Source: Eledone cirrhosa
Taxonomy: Eukaryota
Direction of reading: 5' to 3'
DNA length: 64,000 nucleotides
Assembly (NCBI GenBank): GCA_964016885.1
Contig: OZ024743.1
Location: forward strand, 276,148,001 to 276,212,000
Part shown: piece by piece, positions 33,280 to 47,727 of the stretch
Layout of the letters: every line of letters starts with the position of its first letter
Numbering within the stretch: the stretch's first letter is position 1
Made by a program: the position numbers and the translations under genes
The notes under the pieces: model-generated
Seen by the model: only the letters and a program-made list of their open reading frames with translations
Told to the model about the DNA's origin: nothing
Database searches by the model: none

Positions 33280-35005
33280 TGAATAAATCATATCTTTATT
33301 TTATATTTCTTTGTTTCCATCTTGATAAGAATTTGACATTAAAACAACATTACAAGCAAATGTTGTGTACAATGCCATATATACAAGTTGGGCAAATGAG
33401 GCCCTGTGCTAGTTAAGTTATGAGGCCCCAAACATTTGAAAAGTTCATCATAAAAAACTTTAAGCACAAAGGTAAATCCGGCACTGATAGGCACATATGA
33501 CTCTTAAGAGAATCATTAGGAGAGAAAACGTGTGTGTGTGTGTGTGTGTTACATTCTACTCACATTAAATATTCATTCAGGTAAAGTTTGAAGGTCTTAA
33601 ATACTACGGTATATTATAATCGCATACATACACACATCCAAGAACATAACACCTTCAACAAGTATCTTCTACTATATTTTGCCTCAGGCTAACCACTGCC
33701 TAGTGAATGAACTTGGTAGATGGAAACTGTAAGGAACCTCGTTGTGTGTGTATGTGTGTTTGTTCGTCTTTTCGCATTTGACATCGCAGGAGGTTAATTT
33801 TGATAATGTTCTATATAAACAGAAATCCCGCTGCTCAGCAGTTAAACATACAAAGATCTAACAATATATTTATTAAGTTAATACAAACCATAGGAAAACA
33901 GTAATAGCTAAAACTATATGAATTACTTGGCAATGTATAAAGAGAATAAAGCAGCGGCTTAGAGGCTAGAATGATGATAATTAAAGAATAAGTGTTAATT
34001 ATGAACAGGTTAGGTTAGAGTATTAATTATTAACTATTTCGGCCACAGCCATATTTTTAATAGGTTGAAGACATATCGTGTGCGCATGCATATGCAAATG
34101 TATTTGTGAAATAAATATTAAAATATACATATATATTGAGCCTTTTAATAAGTCAATATTCTCAATATTTGTTTTTATATATTAAAAAAACAAAACATTT
34201 TTAATCCGTCACATACACATTACGTGTAGAAGATATCAATTCAACAAACAAAGGAAATGCAGTACATATCGATAAAATTGGTTTAATTCTAATACAAACA
34301 CCAAGTGGAAATGTATTCATTACTTGCCAATCACTAGTTAGTTAGGTTTTAACATCGATAAGGTAAATTTATTATTAAACCAATTTTTACCATATTTTTT
34401 TAATGTAACACTACCTATAATTTTCAAATTATTTTGAAACTAATCAAGAATTTGGAGGGATTTAGTAATTAGTAAACATTCTCATTATTAAGGTGGTGCG
34501 AGCGATGGATAGGCAGTATCGGTAGAGCGTCGGACATGTTCTGCGGCATATGGCTACGGCCCTTTGCGTTCTGAGTTCAAATCCCGCAGAGATTGGCTTT
34601 GCCTTTCATCCTTACAGGCTCGACAAAATAAAGTGCGAGAAACGCACTGAGGTCAATTTAATCGGTTTTCCCCTTCTCACTAAATTGTCAGCTTTGTGCC
34701 TGGTGTTTGGAGCATAGTTTAACAAAGGTTGTTACATAGGGTTCGATACTGACACCAAGAATATGGCGAAATGTTCTGAAAACAAACATGAATACAGTGA
34801 TCGTTTAAGGACTGTTTTTAAATTCAGTACATTATTGTTTTAAATCCCGCCGAGGTTAACTTTGCCTTTCATTCTTATTGAGTCGATAAAATAGAGCACC
34901 AATAATGCACTGGAGTAATTGTTGGCCTTGTACCAAAAGTAGAAACAATTATCTTAAGACGCAAAATGTTTCTTTTAACTCTCAACGTTCTGTACCACAT
35001 GAAAC

Positions 35006-35526
35006 TGCACCAAATCAAAAATTAAAATCGTGACGGTAGCCACGGAGTAGGCAGACCCCGAAAAACCTGGGACGACTTGATAAATTCCGACCTCACACAC
35101 TTACACCTCTCCAAGACAATGTCACTGGACCGAGATCTTTGGCGCTACACAGTAATACAGAAGACCCGCCTTGTATAAGTATAAAGCGAAACCTACACCC
35201 CTGTCCCACTACCCCACCCCCTTAAATGTGAAGTTATGTTGGTACCACAACATCCAGTCCGAAATAAATGAAGTCGTGTAGGTGTCACGACAAAAAAACA
35301 CAGTCCACGCTGTAATGTGGCCGTGTAGGTAACACGGTAAAAACCTCCCAGTCCACACTGTAAACGTGGTTGGTGTTAGGAAGGGCATCCAGCCGTAGAA
35401 AACCCGCCAGACAGTCCTATACGAGCAGGACAATCAATCTAGCCTCAAGTGGGAAAATTCCTGTCCAAACCCATGCAAGCGTGGAAGATGGACGTTAAAC
35501 GATGATGATGATGATGATGATGATGA
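35006..35526 (+). mobile_element. 5'-truncated RTE-clade LINE: ORF C-terminus, 3' UTR and (GAT)n tail
   Basis: 35032-35178 translates DGSHGVGRPRKTWDDLINSDLTHLHLSKTMSLDRDLWRYTVIQKTRLV*, matching GRPRKTW...D...L.L...M..DR..WR. The element ends in (gat)n. Confidence 0.8.
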
Positions 35527-35663
35527 TACTCTAATAATTAATTTTTTCACTACGATTTGTCCACTATTAAAGACACTATAAAAATTTTAATTAACAAACC
35601 CATTTAAAGATAATTTCCACCACTCATTATAGGGAAGGAGTTGAGCATTATTTGAGAGGTAAT

Positions 35664-35857
35664 GGCTGTAGATTGGCAGTATCGGTTAGAGGATCGGACG
35701 CCGTGCTTTACAGCATAGAGTTATGGCCTTTTCCGTTCTGAGTTCAAATCCTGCCGAGGTTAACTTTGCCTTTCATCCTTACGATGTCGATAAAATAAAG
35801 TACCAGTAATGCACTGGATTAATTGCTGGCCTTGTACTAAAAGTAGAAACAATTATT
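35664..35857 (+). mobile_element. Dominant SINE, internal-deletion subfamily
   Basis: Full head, core and tail motifs are present. Confidence 0.85.
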
Positions 35858-36782
35858 CGAGAGACAATTAGGCTATTTCTACAGTGTAGAAACTCCCTCA
35901 TACGTACCAGTAATATAGCATGTTAGATCTAATTGACCCGTATCTTAATCCTTCCTATTTTTCTTCCCCCCAAAAGAAGCACTGTCCTTGCTGCCCTGTT
36001 CAGTTAAGAAAAGGAAAGCAACTGTTATTAAAGATCTGTTTCTATAAAGTTTCTCCAGCAAGAAAGCAATAAACCATTTGATATCATCAACAGCCCACCC
36101 ACCCCTCCCCCCGACACACAGAGTTTATTTACACACTCCCTGTCTTCTATATATTTATCTATATGTCTATCCCTGCTGCGTTTTAAAGTATCTTTCTGGT
36201 TTCTATGCTCCCTCCTTGTCTTTCACTTTAATCTCCCATCTCTCCTCCCTCTCTTCTCTCTACACTCACACATACCATCTCATCAGCTCTTTTCACCACC
36301 ACCACCACCGCTAACCATCTCTGCACCTATGCCCATCATTTTATCACTTTCTCTTCTTGAGCTTCAACCATTTCTGCTGCACTTCTGTATCTTTCTGGTT
36401 TGCATGTTCTCTCCTCCCCACACCAGCTCTCCTCACTTCCACCACCACCGACAACAACCATCTCTGCACCTTTGCCATCATTTTATCACTTTCTCTTGAG
36501 CCTCATCACCATTGCTGCTCAACTGGAGATGGTAGAGGGAGGTAAGGGGTGAAAGTGGTTCAATATGGCTGCTACAGTCAATTAACTGATGGGAAATAAT
36601 GCTCTCTCTCTCCTGCTCCTCATTGTTTTTATTTACTGTGTGTGTGTGTGTGTGTTGGTTATTATTTATTTTTTATATCATCTGATGTAAAAAGCTCCCC
36701 ACACTTTTAGTATCCTGTCTTTGTAATGTCACCTTCACCCATTGCACTGGTGGCAAATAACAAATAAATGAAATCATCGCTG

Positions 36783-36822
<40 letters not shown>

Positions 36823-37211
36823 CACTACTGTTGTTGATATTATTATGTGGTTGTGTCCATTTTCTTTTTTTGATAACACTGCATTTGGCTAGGGAAACAA
36901 ACAGCTATCTAGTGGTACAGGAGTGATATCTCTCTCTCTAACAAACAAACAAAAATACAGATATAGCAATAAAAGAGAAAAAATGTCGTTAAAAAAACCC
37001 AAAAAAAACCAATGACAACGCCTATCTTGCATTACATACAAACTTACAAGTTAGTGATATCTCCCTCCCTTGATTGCTTGTTTCCACAGAGTACACTAAT
37101 TTATCTCCTGTATTTTCACGACTAACCTTTTACTTATGTGTGTGCATGTGTACGTGTCTGTGTGATTTTACTTATTTTTGTGTGCGCGCGCGCACATGTA
37201 TATACACGCAT

Positions 37212-37242
<31 letters not shown>

Positions 37243-37523
37243 GGTATTCCTTTCCCCTCCTTCCTCACCGTCAATTATATGTTGTTGTGATGTCCTCTTA
37301 TATAGGTAGGTGTGTAGTGCATTTGACAGTGGTGCATCATCATCACCGTTCTCCATCACAAGTAATCAAAAATCTACCTGCAGAACTTGTCAACAGAGGC
37401 GAAGCACTTCTGTTTTGTGTTTGTGTGTGTGTATTTGTTTGTTTCCCCTGTTCTCTTAACACACCATTCTTGTGGACTAAACAACTGCGTGTGTGAGAGC
37501 GCGCGCGCGCGAATGTAAAGATG

Positions 37524-37810
37524 TATGGCTTGGTGGTTAGGGTTTCGACTCGCTATCGTAAATTCGCGAGTTCGATTCCCAGCAGTGCGTTATATTCCTG
37601 AGCATCACTATATTTCATATTACCACAGTATTTAAAAAAAAAAAAAAAAAAATCATTAATGCCCATAATACAAAAGGCCAGCCATGTCACACACTGCATC
37701 ACCTTAAAATCTCCCCGAGGACTCCGTAAAGGGTACACAAGTGCTTCTGCTCTTGCTACGCCAATTTCACGAGCAGACAATTGGAAGACCATAGTCAGAA
37801 ACGACGGCGG
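37524..37810 (+). mobile_element. tRNA-headed CORE-like SINE
   Basis: A-box tggcttggtgg and B-box gagttcgattccc, followed by gcgttatattcctgagc. Confidence 0.7.
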
Positions 37811-38370
37811 TTCAATACATACACATGTGTGTGCGTGCGTGCACATAGCTATACAGTTAAATATGGTCATATCTAAGTAAATTTTATTACTCCCCACATT
37901 CTTTACCAAGAATATGACTTCACACACACACACACGCACACGCGCGCGCAACTGACAAGAGAGACCTGTGAATAAAAAAAAAAAACAAAAAAACAATTAA
38001 CTGATTTCATGCAAAACATTGTGCTCTAACAATGACTCATAAGTTTGGCATGAGGCCACAAATTCACAGAGGAAGGAAGAGTGTGTGTGTTGTTGTTGCT
38101 GATTGAATCATGACTGATATCTATTTTATTGATACATACACACCCACAACCCTGTAAAAGATCAAAGGCTTAATAATAAAGACAAGCCCACCCCAAACAG
38201 CCACCATTTGATCTTCAAAATCGAAAGGGACATTACCTAAATATTGTAAAACACAGTCGCCCTGCTGCTGCTGCAACTACTACTACTACTTCAACTCCTG
38301 CTGCTACTATTAATATTACTACTACAATTAACGTCAACATAACTACTACCACCAGCACCACTACTACTAA

Positions 38371-38655
38371 TAATAATAATAATTGTTTCTACTTTAGGCA
38401 CAAGGCCAGCAATTGGAGGAGGGGAGAGGGTTAAATTGACTCCAGTGCTTTACTGGTACTTTTATTTTATCGACCGCGAAAGGATGAAAAGCAAGGCTAA
38501 CCTCGGCGGGATTTGAAATCAGGACGAAAGGGCCGTAATTTTACGCCACGAAGCATTTGGTCCGGCACTATATCGATTCTGCCAATCCACCGCCCTAATA
38601 ATAATAAAGGTTTCTGATTTAGGCATATGGCCAGCAATTTGAGGTAGGGAAAAGT
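38371..38655 (-). mobile_element. Dominant SINE (long form) plus the tail of a second copy
   Basis: Reverse-complemented tail, core and head ending ccaatccaccgccc, embedded in (TAA)n. Confidence 0.85.
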
Positions 38656-39708
38656 TGTAATTATAATAATACTCCTGTTGCTGCATTCATTTTAACCTTT
38701 TCTATCCACGATACATTAACAGCGTTATTATACACCAAGAGACTTTTGGCTGTTATTTTTAGCAGGTTGAGCAACCACCGAGTCTTTTCTGGTTGGTTTG
38801 AACTTCTTTAATCCTCCAATTACCATATTTACATTGTCTATGATTTTCCTATCATTTTGAAAATAATAAAGGACTTAGAGAGATTTAGTAATATAACAAA
38901 CTTTCTCATTGTTAAGTTTGTATTAGGACATAAAGGTTCTGGCATAAAATTATGATGCAAGGTTTTTAGATAAATATAAATGTTAAGAATAAACAACAAG
39001 TTTGTTTCATTGAACCAAAGACAGTTTGGTATCAAAAGAGTTAATTATTATTATTTCTACTCCACGAAGACAAACTATTTATTGAATTTAGTATAATATA
39101 ATAGAATATTCATCATTATCATCACACAAGCAATTATAGAGTTATTTATGCATCCAGTTCGTGTATTTATTTATGGTTTTCACAATTAGCATTAATAGCT
39201 AATTAACATTACAATTGTTTTTCTTTTAATAATAATGAACTTATTCATCATATGAAGACTGAATTGTTGAATATATTTGAACTTAAGAAATGACACAAAA
39301 ATGACATTGCAGATCTTCATTCAGAAAGATAAAACACACACGAGGGAGAGAGAGAATGGTGAAAGTCGTAGTTGAGTAGTGGTGTGGAAGGAAGATAAAA
39401 GGGTGGGTGGTAGCGAGAAGAATGTAACATCAAAAGACCTGAAGTAATGCATAGCCACATGTAGATAAATGTAAAATATTTCCAAAAGAATGTTTTAACC
39501 ATCAAAAATATGAAGAATAATTAATGTAAATGATCTTACAGAGTCTCTGACAGTTAAATAACAACAATAATAATATTAGTAATAATATTTTTAAGATGAA
39601 TGAACAAAATAAAATATACGACAGAAAGGAAAGAAGAAACAGCTAGTAAAAGCAATTTATGTCAGAACTTACTCCCTCTCGGAGTTCCTGCTCTCCCCAT
39701 ATCCGAAC

Positions 39709-39827
39709 TTTCCTGATGATGGACTTCTTATGTCCGAACCGTTGAAACCTCCTCCACTTCCACCAAGCGTGAAACTAATATAACTGTGTACAATCGTCTC
39801 CTGTGTTTTGTTCGTTCATTTTCAACT

Positions 39828-39835
<8 letters not shown>
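39709..39835 (+). ncRNA. Degenerate minimal type-I hammerhead motif in a PLE-like terminal fragment
   Basis: tttc-CTGATGA-t-GGAC ttcttat GTCC-GAAcC-GTT-gaaa, with one core substitution. The downstream caagcgtgaaactaata is shared with 49371, and the fragment ends at (TA)n. Confidence 0.6.
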
Positions 39836-39881
<46 letters not shown>

Positions 39882-41150
39882 AATAAGTAAACCGAAACTC
39901 TGCGAGTCGTACGAAGCGACTAAAAGGTTTGGTGTAGAGAAGGTCAGCGGCATCAAACTTTTTACGAACTGAGCTATGCTGTTTCCTCGTTGATATTGGT
40001 GAGACGAGTTACCCTGTTGTGAACAATGCCAAGTCAGATGACCATATATTACTCATACAGAACCGATTTGGGCTTGGTTTCTACAGCTGGATGCCCTTCC
40101 TGGCGCCAACCTCATTTACATAACCGTATGTATCTTGGTTTGTAAAAATATGTGCACCATATCTCATCGCTTTAAGGTATCAGGCAGCAAAAACACTGTC
40201 GGAAAAAGACCCATCCAACTCATGCTAGCATGGAAAAACAAGAGTAAAAACGATAATTGTTTCTATTTTAGGCACAAGGCCAGCAATTACCCAGTGCATT
40301 ACTGGTACTTTATTTTATCGACCCCGTAAGGATGAAAGGCAAAATGATGTATATATTGTACACACTGAGTTATCATAACCATAGATTGTAGGTTCAAATC
40401 ATAACACCACTCCCCACTTTCTTCCCCATTTTGTTCACAGGTGTCCAATGCACAGTTTATCAAATATTATAAAAGACGGATTATTAGGTATAAAAACAAT
40501 AATAAAGTACTTTATTGCCAAAAAAAATGGATGCTTCTAGAAATGCAACAGAAGACGAAGGAAGATAAAGGGGAAGAAAAAATTGTTATATATAAAAGAC
40601 AAGTTGGAAGTTTTGACAATCAATATATTGGGAAGCTAATATTTTTTGAGCTACATACAACATAAATCAAAGATATTTAGATTGTCTGAGAGAATTAATA
40701 AGATAGATGGGTGGGGTGGATGGATAGAGAGAGTTTGTAGAGAGGAAGACAGATACTAGATACATGAATGATAGATAAACAGATAGATATAGACAAGATC
40801 GATAGAAAGAAAGGTGATAGCTAGATACAGTAGATATAGAAGCATAGAGAAAGAAAGGATGGTAGAATTTGTATCTTTAATATACAGTCTTGTATATATA
40901 TATATATAAAAGACTATATTAAAGACACAAATTCTACCATCCTTTCTTTCTCTCTGTGTGTGTATGCACACACACACACACACACACACACACGTTCGAC
41001 ATGATAAAACGCACGCACTTGTTGGTGATAGGAAGGGCATCTAATAAAAAAAAGTGTTAAACAAAAGATCGAGATGGCTCGAGTGTTGATGCCACGAATA
41101 TGCAAATCGGAGAAGCTGGGAGGGGGGGGGGGGGTGCGCCGTCTCTACCC

Positions 41151-41280
41151 CAGGGCAGTCTTAACAGCATTATAGGCCCCTGGGAAAAGCAGAGCACTGG
41201 AGCCCCTACCTACACAACCACTCACAGGAATAAAAATATAAATGGGCCCCCGGTCAACTGCCCAGCGTGCCCATGCTCCA
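41151..41280. mobile_element. hAT-like MITE fragment
   Basis: Starts cagggcagtcttaa and has GC-rich ggcccc subterminal motifs; the second terminus was not found. Confidence 0.35.
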
Positions 41281-42319
41281 CCCCACCCGTCTGGGAAGTC
41301 AATCACTCCAGTTAAATAATTGTTTCTACTTTTGGCACAAGGCCAGAAATTACCCAGAGCATTACTGGTACTTTATTTTATCGACCCCGTAAGGAAAGTT
41401 AACCTCGGCTTAAATAATGATTCGGTCTGTGGCGACCTCTCGAACCTTTGCTAGCAGGTAGAACGGAAGTTTGAAGACGGACCAATGAAGCCGCTCAGCT
41501 CAGCAATGGAGGAGGCATATTCTATATTCTAATAAATGATGAATGTTGACCCTTTCATACCAATATTTCTAATGAAATATGATTGCCAATAATTTCCAAA
41601 TTATTTTGAAAATAACCGAAAATTTAGAAAGATTTAGTAATTTAACTAACATTCTCATTATTAAGCTGGTGTTTGGAGCATAGTTTAATGAAAGTTCTTA
41701 CTTAAAGTTATGATGGACGATTTTTTAGATAAATATAAACAGCAGGGGGTGGGTGGGTTATCACCATGGATGCAGGGGTAGTTTCAGGTCAGCTTGGTAT
41801 CAAAAGGTGGTTAAAAAACCTAAGCAATGAAAATATAAAGGAACAAAAACAAAATAATAAAAAAATAAATAAATAACTACCCTCCTTTATAAAAAAAAAA
41901 GAATGGTACAAAGTAGATGACTTGCTGTTGGTGTTTGTCTGACGACAAACCGAAGTTGTTTACGATATAATAAATAGCTAAATAAATATATAAGCTGTAG
42001 TTAATTTGCCGCTCAAATATAAGTAGACAGACTGAGACACAGAAAGACTTAGACAACAACAAAAGAGAAAAAAAGTTTAATATAAAAATTAAAAAAAACT
42101 ATCTTCCTGCCTGCTACCCCAGCGATTATTAATTAATCCTCTTGGCGTATAAAAATTAAATTGTACTCATGATTAATCTGTGGGATTAATTATCATGGTG
42201 AACAAGTTAAGTTAATGGTTGTGAAATCGTGAAGAAAAAGGTTTAGATATGGTAGTTAGAATGAATAAACATACACCCTATAGCACAACAGTAGTAAATT
42301 AGTAAATGCTAATATTAAT

Positions 42320-42560
42320 AATAATTGTTTCTACTTTTCGCACAATAATTATTTCTACTATAGGCACAAGACCAGCAATTTGTGGGCGGGGAAAAGTCAA
42401 TTAAATCGACCCCAGTGCATTACTGGTGCTTTATTTCATCGACCGCGTAAAGGTGAAAGGCAAAGCTAAATTCGGCGGGATTTAAATTCAGAACGTAAAC
42501 GACCATAATTCAATGCTGCAAAGCATGGTGTCCGACGCTCTACCGATTCTGATAATCCAA
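42320..42560 (-). mobile_element. Dominant SINE (long form) with duplicated tail
   Basis: Reverse-complemented motifs; the tail tttctact...gcacaa appears twice. Confidence 0.8.
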
Positions 42561-45500
42561 TACATTTTTTTTCTTTGGCCACTAGGGCCTACATATAGGG
42601 GACAATAACAATAATATAATAATAGCAGCAGCCTCACCACAAGATAAGAGTATATAAAACAGAAATGGGGGGGGGGGGCAAAACCCGAAGGACGAGAAAA
42701 ATTTTCAAAACGCAAAAAAAAATAAAATCATTAAATGTAATTTACAGGCCATACTGATGCAGCTTTAGTTGGCCTCATATGAGGTTGCTCCATCTCATAA
42801 GCTCCTCGAATGTTTTAATGAAAAACATGGTGAAAAAGATTCACCTTGTTCAAGAACAAGTGTTGCTGATTCAAGAATCGAACCTACAAGGTTATGATCG
42901 CGAGTCCATCACCCTAACCACTAGGCCAAAAGCCTTTGCAAAACGTAAGGCAGGACAAACGTTGATGTCATACCAGCAGCAAAGAGAGCTTTGGAATACA
43001 GTAACGATTAAAATAAGTTAAATAAGAATATGGATTGCAAAATTTAAAATTGAGATCTATACAGAACTCCTGAAGAAAATGACAATATTATTGGAAGGTT
43101 CTTGTGAATAAAAATTGGAGTTTTACTCATTTGTAATAACTTGTTCTCTCAGCATGGTAATAATTTCTTTTCGGCCACAAGGGCCTAGAATATTGGGAAC
43201 ACGGCAAGGACAAAACAAAGAAAACTAAAATAAAAGTTCCATCTAAATTAAGTCCTTCGTATAAGTCTTGAGTACGACTATATAAGACAGCAGGCACACA
43301 CACACACACACAGATGTATACATACGCATGCATTCATATATATACAGACACCACATACATATACAGGCACACATAAACATGCATAGTTATGTAGCGTATG
43401 TCGTTGGCTGTATGATTAAGATAATAGTCTATTAACCATTTAGTCAGATGATCAAATCTTAACAGCACTCATTGTGCTGTGTTGTTTTCTCAGGACAAGG
43501 CACACAAATACACTTACTACGGTTGCCTCACTAACAAAACAGGCTGACTCCACCCACGAATTCATGGATGATTGGTTTTTATTTCATTTGTTAGACTAGG
43601 AGTGAGAGGTGGTGGGGGAATGCCTATAACTATAGCAGGCCTTTCCCTACCTCCACTTCCCACACTGTAGAGTTTGACACAAGGCACGAACATCTGCAGA
43701 TAAGTGTCTACAGTTAAGGTGGGTAGGTGCTTGCGGCATAATGAATTCCAGTAAAGCTACCCAAGGACCAGGTGCTGGAAATAATTTGAGGAGCGTGTGA
43801 ACAAGTTCAATCCCACTGTGAGCAAACGTCGTCTAACCTTGGGCCAACCAATGCTTTGTGGGTAAATTTGGTAGATGGAAACTATAGAAAAACCCACTGG
43901 CATTTCTTCTACTATAGCTTCGAACCGATCAATGCCTTATGAAAGAATTTGGTATATGGAAAACACAAGGACATAACAAAAATTCTCCATTCAACTAAGC
44001 ATGGAAAAAATAACTGTTAAAATAAAGAGACAATTACAGTAGGCTAAACTAACTATACCCTTTACTTGCAATCGAGGAAAAAAACTCAGCAGCATATACC
44101 ATTCTTTCACTACAGGTTTTAGATGGTTATTTGGCTGTGAGGAGACACCTTCTCATATTGAACCTAGTAGAACATCCAGGAATGTGACAGATGCCTGCAC
44201 CCAACACTGGGTTGGTACTTTCTTTACTTTCTGAAAGATGAATAGCAAAGTAGACCTTGGCAGGACTTGAATGTGCAGAGCACAAAAAACTTGAACTAAC
44301 ATATTCTATCCAATATTCCAATGACCATGCTATTTCAACAGTCTAATTGTAGGCTTATAGTTCAGAGTTTACCCTTTTGATACCAAAATGACTGAAACAG
44401 ACCCTGGTTCTGTGATATAAAAACCTTCCATCTAAATAAGACATTTTATTGAATTATGTTCAAACACAATCCCTTCAAATTTTTGCTTATTTTCAAAATG
44501 ACTTGAAAATTAAAGGTAGTGTCTCGTTAGAAATATAGTACAAAAAGGCTTAAACTTTTCCAGAACCAAAAGGGCTTCAGAAGGGCAATCACCGGCATAA
44601 GTCTACTTAAAATGTTAAGCGGATTACAAATAAATTTGGTTACGGTGTTAATCTCATCAAGACAAGCCCTCTGGCATTTGAAATTCAGCTAGGTTAATGA
44701 AAGCTATATAGAAGTATTTTGCTACCAGACACAACAAAATGTTTGTAATAGTGGATTTGAATCTACAATCCATGATATCCACATTCACAGTCTCACTACT
44801 TCAATTGATAACTACATAAATGTATAGAATATTCACATTCACACACACAAGCATTTACCAGCAGAGAAAGAAGCATACATCCAGCCATAACATGATTTTT
44901 AAATATTTTTAAATATTAGATAGAATAAGCTAAAATTAGACATTTGTTGGTGTTATTGTTGATTAACCCCAGGTCAGCTTTCACAGAACAGATCAAAGAC
45001 ATTCCAGTTGGGACTAATCCCATGGATCGGGAAGGATGTATCCAGAACTACATTATCCTATAACTATTTGCTGCTGTTGTTTTTTTTCTCCTGGAGATAG
45101 AGTGTGACTTAAGGACGATTTTTCTCTATTTCTAGCAGATCGAATGACCACTTAGACCATGCAGTTGTGTTCTTTGTTGTCATTTAGTCATGAAACTAAA
45201 ACTAAAACTTTATATTTGTGATTTGTGAAATGTTCCTTGGACATTGATGACCTAATGAAAATCAACAGGGGACAATAAAAACATAGCCTCTAGGTTTGAC
45301 ATAACTACAGTATTTCAATTTCACTCCAGTAATTTTGAATGCTTTAGATATGAAGGCAAACTTAAATGACAGCACTAATCTAAGATTTTCAAAGTATTTT
45401 TGTTTGTGTTTTTCTTACTAGAGGGACAGCAATCATGACACTTTACTTTTTTCAGCCGATTTACTGCCTTTAATAACAAAAATAAAACCAACAAAGAACT

Positions 45501-46057
45501 CTTGGCTAAGCTGATTGACACCTTTCTGGCAAAAACCTACCCTACCAACATACAAAGGCATAAATAGACTTAACTACAGGTAAATTAGCAGTAGCGTGTG
45601 TGTACGTGTTCGCATGACATAAGCAACCCTAAAGACCCAGTTTTCAGTACTAATAAATAATCTATTGAAGAAGAAAAAGAATATTTCTAAACAAGGGTGT
45701 CAGATGTCAGAACAGTTTATTACAATGCAAAGTTTACCCCGCCCACAATGCCACATCTAGTTTTGTCGGGTTCCGCGTGCATATATATACACACACACAC
45801 TGCCACACAGAGAAATAGATGAGTGTGTATGTGAGAGAGAGAGAGAGACTCAGTGTCTATGTGCAAAATACAGGATGGCCTTTCCTTATTTCATTCTAAA
45901 TGTTAAACGCACACCACACAGTTATACAATACAACATAACCAATAAATAAAAGCACAGCCAGTAGTATCACCTTCAAAGCCTACAACACACACACATTAT
46001 ATATATATATATATATATATATACACGTATGTGTATGTATGCGTGCATATATATGTG

Positions 46058-46089
<32 letters not shown>

Positions 46090-46403
46090 GATATATATAC
46101 AAACACACATACATATATATACACATATACATACATACACACACTCATCTTTGTTCATACTTGTGTGTGTGTGCATTCATGTGTGAAATTATATGAATAC
46201 ATAATGATTTCTTGCTTCAGACATGAAGGAGAAAAGAAACAAGGCTATGTATAGTCAAGCATTAACAATAAAAAATAAACAAAAAACAAAACAAAAACAA
46301 ATGAAGATAGAGAAAAATATATCATCATCATCATTATTTTAATCATTATTGTCCTCTACATGTCAGCCCTTGTGGCTAATAAATGAAATCATTATTATTA
46401 TTA

Positions 46404-46596
46404 GGGCGGTGGATTGGCAGTATCGGTAGAGGGTCGGACGCCATGCTCTCCAGCATAGTTACATCCCTTTACTATCTGAGTTCAAATCCCGCCGAGATTG
46501 ACTTTGCCTTTCATCCTTACGGGGTCGATAAAATAAAGTACCAGTAATGCACTGGTTAATTGCTGGCCTTGTGCCTAAAGTAGAAATAATTATTAT
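46404..46596 (+). mobile_element. Dominant SINE, internal-deletion subfamily, full length
   Basis: Runs from gggcggtggattggcagtatcggtagag to gtagaaataattatt and is flanked by (ATT)n. Confidence 0.9.
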
Positions 46597-47008
46597 CATA
46601 ATCATCATCACACATCTGCTTTCCATAGCTTGGATGGGTCATTATGGTCCTAGGCTGTTATTATTCGGACTTACTACACTCCTAGGCAGACGGGGGTGTC
46701 ACACTTGTGTGAGTGAGTAAATGTGTGTGTGTGTGTGTTATTACAGCCCACACCTTTCTGAGTTTAGCTATCCTGCTATAAAGGTGCATCTCATAGGTTT
46801 TCCAGGTATTTTAATGATAGTCCTATAATTATTATGTGTGGGTGTGTATTCAGAGAGAAAGTTAAAACCGAAGAAGAGGGGAAGGAGGGAGATCATACAT
46901 AGTGCTGTGCGTGTGTGAAGTATATTATACATCCTGTTTTTGTAGTAGTAGTAGTAGTAGTAGTATGCGTGGAAGATGTGTTAACAGATGAAATGCAATT
47001 GTGATAAA

Positions 47009-47043
<35 letters not shown>

Positions 47044-47617
47044 ATGCATATGTACATACATGCACACACGTATATATCTGATTATTTCTAATAACTTCCA
47101 ACACAGGTGACGAAAACAGCTGATGCTTAGTTACAAACAATGAGATGAAAAGTTGGAAGATAAAGTATGGTAAATAGACACTGAGGAAGACATCACAGAG
47201 CCAGAAGAGAGAGAGAGAGAGAGAGGGGGGGGATATGTGGCAGTGTGTATGTGAATATGTAGCAGTGTATGGGTGAGTATATGATTTTGTGGATATATTA
47301 TGTGTGTGAGTGAGTGAGAGATTATGTGAATGTGTAGCAGTATGTGGGTGTATATGCATGTGAGATAGAGAGATTATGTGAATGTGTAGCAGTATGTGAG
47401 TGAGTATGATTGGGCATATGATTATGTGGGTGTGCATGATTATGTGTGTGAATGTAACTGTGTAATGTGGGTGTGTTATTGTGTATGTTGGTGTGTAAAT
47501 GTGGTTGTGGGAATGTAATTGCGTATGTTGGTGTGTGAATGTAATTGTGATGGCGTCAGTTTGAGTAAACGTGTGATTGTGTGTACAGGTGTACACACAA
47601 ATGTGTGATTGTGTATA

Positions 47618-47727
<110 letters not shown>

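Noticed and set aside
37524-37590. tRNA gene
   Set aside because: A and B boxes are present, but I could not form a cloverleaf and the sequence continues into a SINE body. The other tRNA-like heads are the same.
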